Origin: Sphyrna mokarran
Taxonomy: Eukaryota
Assembly: GCA_024679065.1 (NCBI GenBank)
Contig: JAGIQG010000003.1
Span: 25,916,001 to 25,980,000, forward strand
Direction of reading: 5' to 3'
DNA: 64,000 nt
Shown here one piece after another: positions 59,858 through 64,000 of the stretch. Each line of letters begins with the position of its first letter. Position 1 is the stretch's first letter. The notes beneath the pieces were generated by a model, which saw only the letters and a program-made list of their open reading frames with translations, made no database searches and had not been told where the DNA came from. The position numbers and the translations under genes are program-made.

Positions 59858-61520
59858 TTAGAACATAGAACATAGAACATTACAGCACTGTACAGGCCCT
59901 TCAGCCTTCAATGTTGTGCCAAACTATGTCCAATCCCAAGATCAAGCTATCCCACTCTCTATAATTCTGGTGTGCTCCATGTGCCTGTCCAATACCCACT
60001 TAAAAGTTACTAAAGTGTCCAACTCCACTATCACACCAGGTAGTCCATTCTACACTTCAACCACTCTCTGAGTGAAGAATCTACCTTGGATATCCCTCCT
60101 ATATCTCCCACTATGAATCTTATAGTTATACCCCCTAATAACAGTTACATCCACCTGATTAAATAGTCTCTGCATATCCACTCTATCAATTTCCCTCATC
60201 ATCTTATAAACCTCTATTAAGTCACCTCAGATCCTCCTCCACTCTAAAGAGAAAAGCCCTAATTCTCTCAACCTTTCCTCATAAGACCTATCCTCCAAAC
60301 CAGGCAGTATTCTGGTAAATCTCCTCTGCACTCTTTCCAATGTTTCCACATCCTTCTTATAGTGAAGTGACCAGAACTGAACACAATATTCCAAACATCT
60401 GGTATAGTTGCAGCATGACTCCATGGCTCTTAAACTCAAACCCCGGTTAATAAATACAAACAGATTATAAGCCATCTTCACAACTCTATCCACTTGAGTG
60501 GCAACCTTTAGAGATCTGTGGATATGAACCCCTAGATCTCTCTGTTCCTCCATATTCCTCAGGACCATGTCATTGACCCTGTAATTTGCATTCAAGTTTG
60601 TCCTATCAAAATGAATCGCCTCACACTTATCAGGGTTAAACTCCATCTGCCACTTTTGGCCCAGCTGTGCATCATATCTGTCTCTTTGCAGTCTGCAAGA
60701 GCCTTCATCCACTATTTCACCAATCTTGGTGTCATTAGCAAATTTAGTAACCCACCATTCAGTCCCCTCTTCCAAGTCATTGACAAAAATTACAAATAGC
60801 AGAGGACCCAGCACTGACCCCTGTGATACCCCGCTAGTAACTGGCCTCCAGTCTGAAAATTTTCCTTCCACCATCACCCTCTGTCTGTTACTTATCCAAT
60901 TGGCCAAATTTCCTTCTATCCCATACATCCTTATCTTCTTCATGAGCCTACTATGGGGAACCTTATCAAATGCCTTACTAAAATCTATGTATATGACATC
61001 AACTGCTCGACCTTTATCCACTTAGTTACTGCCTCAAAGAATCCAATCAAATTTGTGGGGCAGGACATACCCCTCATGAAACTATGCTGGCTATCCCGGA
61101 TTAAACTGCATCTTTCCAAATGGTCATAAATCCTATCTCTCAGTACCCTTTCCATTAACTTAGCGACCACTGAAATAAGACTAACTGGCCTATAATTATC
61201 AGGCTCATTCCTATTTCCTTTCCTGAAGAGAGAAACAACATTCCCCACCCTCCAGTCCTCTGGCACAATCCCTGTGGACAATGAGGACCCAAAGATTAAA
61301 ACTAAAGGCTCCACAATCTCATTCCTTGCCTCCCAAAGTACCCTAGGATGTATCCCATCTGGCCCAGGGGAATTATCCACTCTCAGGTTTTTCAAAATTG
61401 TTAATGCATCTTCCCTCAGAACATCTACCTCCTCCATCCTATCGGCCTACATCACACACTCATCCTCAAAAACATGGCCTCTCGCCTTAGTGAAAATTGA
61501 AGAAAAGAAAAGTGAACACT
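59858..61520 (-). mobile_element. CR1/HER1-like LINE, 5'-truncated, frameshifted reverse transcriptase
   Basis: SPGPDGIHPRVL, NYRPVSLISVVAK, YIDFSKAFDKVPH, SGVSQGSVLGPLLF, KFANDTK; (ttctatg)n tail at 59860-59880. Confidence 0.95.
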
Positions 61521-61589
61521 GAAGAAAAGAACACTGAAGAAAATAATTTCTTTATTATTATATATCATGCAATTTCTGTAATAAAAGTG

Positions 61590-64000
61590 ATCGCCCCTTA
61601 GGTGGCACTATAATATGAGCCTTCCACAATAACATATCATTCTCACACATTTATCTCATCCAATAAGGTCTAATTTGCTCTGACTTATCACCATCTTTGT
61701 ATTAGTATTTGCTTTTAACAACACTGGGTGCTTCTCAGTCCAAGTTTTTATATGAGTAGCTGAGACAAGCGATGTCTCTATCAGGTGTAGCAGCAACACT
61801 ATTTCTTGTGGCATAGGTGCTTTTTGTGGCAGAGGGAGATAGCTAAGCATGTTGATATTTGATATTTGCATTCCTGACCTCTGTTGAAAAGAGTAACTGT
61901 GCACAGCTAGCGCTACAGTCCATCTCTGCACTCTCGCAGAGAGAGGCTTTGATGGCACTTGTTTATCCTCTTGGAATAAACCCAACAACAGCTTGTGATC
62001 TGATAGTGTAGTGAAATGTCTACCATATATATTGATGGAACTTCTTCATCATACCGCCAGACTTTGTTTGTCAGTCTGAGAATACTTCCCCTCAGCATCT
62101 GATAAGGCTCTTGAAGCAAATGCAATTGGCCTCTCTACTCCATCTGAATCTTGTGGGACCGTACTGCTCCCACACCAATGATGATGCATCACAGCTAACT
62201 ACCAATGGTCTGATTGGATCAAAGTATAAGGCATGCTTTACTTTAGCAAATGCCTCTTTTTGTGCTTCTCCACATTCCCATCATTGATGTTTCTTCAAAA
62301 GCTGATGAAGTGGGACTAAAATTGTAGATACATTGCAAAAGAACCTGCTGTAATAATTCACCATTCCAAGGAACAATTTTATCTTCAATACACTTCTAGG
62401 CCATGGTACTTCCTTAATTGCTCGTACTTTATCCTCCAAAGGATGTAAGCCTTAAACATCAAGCCTGAACCCAGGTATATAACTTAATGTACATGGAATG
62501 TACATTTCTTTCATTTCAAACAGATGCCCACCTCTTTGAACTTTTTACAAGCTTCTCTAAGTTTGCCCCGTGTTCCTGAGAGGATGCTCCCATTATTAGG
62601 ATGTCATCCAGCTACATCACCACTTTAGGAATACCCTGTAATAAACTTTCCAATGTACACTGGAAAATGGCACATGCCAATGAGACTTTAAAAGAAGAAC
62701 AGTATACACTGATATAACCCTTTATTGATGTTGATGATAACTAACTACTAAAGTTCATGCAACTCCAGCTGCCGGTAGTATGGTAGCAAATGTGGTCTCA
62801 TACAATATAAATATAAATACATGGTCTCCTTGGTGTACTTAGGGCCCCCTGCAAATTTGTTGTAGAGATCCGCAAGTCACAAATTGGGGTATCTATCCAT
62901 CTAAGCTCCTCTGTTCACAGGTAATTTATAATCCCTGCAGATTCTAAGTGTGGTTTTAGAATAGGGGCTATGCGTGCAGCCCATTCAAAAAACTTTACAG
63001 GTTTTGTGACACCTAAGTCTTCTAATTTTCCAAACTCCGCTTCTACTTTGTGATGAACTGCATAATACACAGCACAAGCTTGAAAAAAATCAATGCTTTG
63101 CCTCAGGGTTCAAATAAATTTTGGCTTTGGTTTCTTTTATTTGTTCCAGTTCCTTTTGGAAAACCTCAGATTATCTGCACAGTAGTTCTTGAAAACTTCC
63201 ATCCCAAATATTCAATATCTCTAACCAGTCTAATTTTATCTGCTTCAACCAATCTCAAACCATGAGACAAGGTCTTTGACCCTCAATCACTAGAAAAGGT
63301 AGTTGTGCTGTTTGGTTTTTGTATGATACTGTATCTGTAACTGACTTTGCTGACTTCAATGTCTCTTCTGTATACGTAGACAAATTGGCTGCTGAATCAC
63401 TCAGTCCCATGGATTGCAGTCCTTTTTGAATGTATCAGATTGCTTGCTCCCCTATGGCTATGGCCACAGCTTCTGTGCCATCTCCCATTTTAAGAAACCT
63501 GTCGCCGACCATCAAGGCTATTTCTATTGGAGGCAATTTATTAACTATGACCTGGTTTACAGTATACAATTGTTGGGTTTATCATCCAGTTTCTTTAACA
63601 GAATTAAACTAACCATTGCTTTTTTTTAAACATGTTCTGTCCTGAGATTTTCATTTTGCTACATGCTTGTAAATGACACTTTCTTTTATAATGGAAATAT
63701 ATTAATTTCTGCACTGGCGTGTTTCTTGGGAGTGCTCTTTCATACATTGAAAACAAACTTCCACCTCTAGTGTTATACTCCTCTTCTCAAGCTGTTCCTT
63801 ATAGCAGCCATTTCCCACCACAAACGGTTTACCTCATTGGGCATGCCTTGTAATTCACTTACACTCTGCTCAGTGCATTTAACCTCATTTCCACAATTAT
63901 TTCTAAAGAGATTTTAGTCTCAGCCAGCAGTTTTTTCTGTATTGAGAGGCTGTTGATTCCACAGGCCAAATAGTTACTTAGCATTTTCCCCAAAGCTGGT
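61590..64000 (-). mobile_element. Decayed Gypsy LTR retrotransposon gag-pol (gag, protease, RT, RNase H), continues beyond the window
   Basis: LACGINSLSIQKKLLAE (gag, ~63920-63970); EAELEKLEDLGVTKPV..EWAA; VM*LDDILI (YLDD motif with a stop, ~62600); SARVQRW...LSYLPLP (end of RNase H). Confidence 0.9.

Noticed and set aside
61591-61610. CTCF-like motif (cgccccttaggtggcac)
   Set aside because: Imperfect single match at the edge of a Gypsy remnant; not supportable without binding data.

Overview
Eukaryotic, vertebrate DNA, most likely a shark or ray: it carries HE1-like tRNA-derived SINEs and CR1/HER1-like LINEs. The window holds the internal part of one large minus-strand gene; neither the start/signal-peptide exon nor the 3' end is visible. 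In transcription order (high to low coordinates) there are about 16 paralogous Ser/Thr/Pro-rich mucin-type exons or exon relics (59.5-44.1 kb), of which about 7 look usable. Most of them sit in a 3.5-4 kb higher-order repeat full of transposon debris. They are followed by a tandem array of 40 recognisable 126-nt, phase 1-1 calcium-binding EGF exons plus one fossil (42.4-0.3 kb), which probably continues past the window edge. Of the 40 EGF exons, 32 are intact and 8 are broken: four with an 8-nt deletion, one with a 7-nt insertion and three with a dead splice site. The centre of the EGF array is a near-identical 4,932-bp five-exon higher-order repeat in about 4 copies. Each intact 42-aa EGF carries 2-4 N-glycosylation sequons, about 108 in total by hand count. 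The most interesting signals are: a full-length product requires exon skipping; stop-containing exons recur periodically; mucin exons appear rescued by new splice sites; Harbinger-like MITEs repeatedly hit one intronic site; and a foreign exon is captured inside a MITE. EGF exons are numbered below by increasing + coordinate, the reverse of transcription order. No gene symbol can be assigned from the sequence alone.
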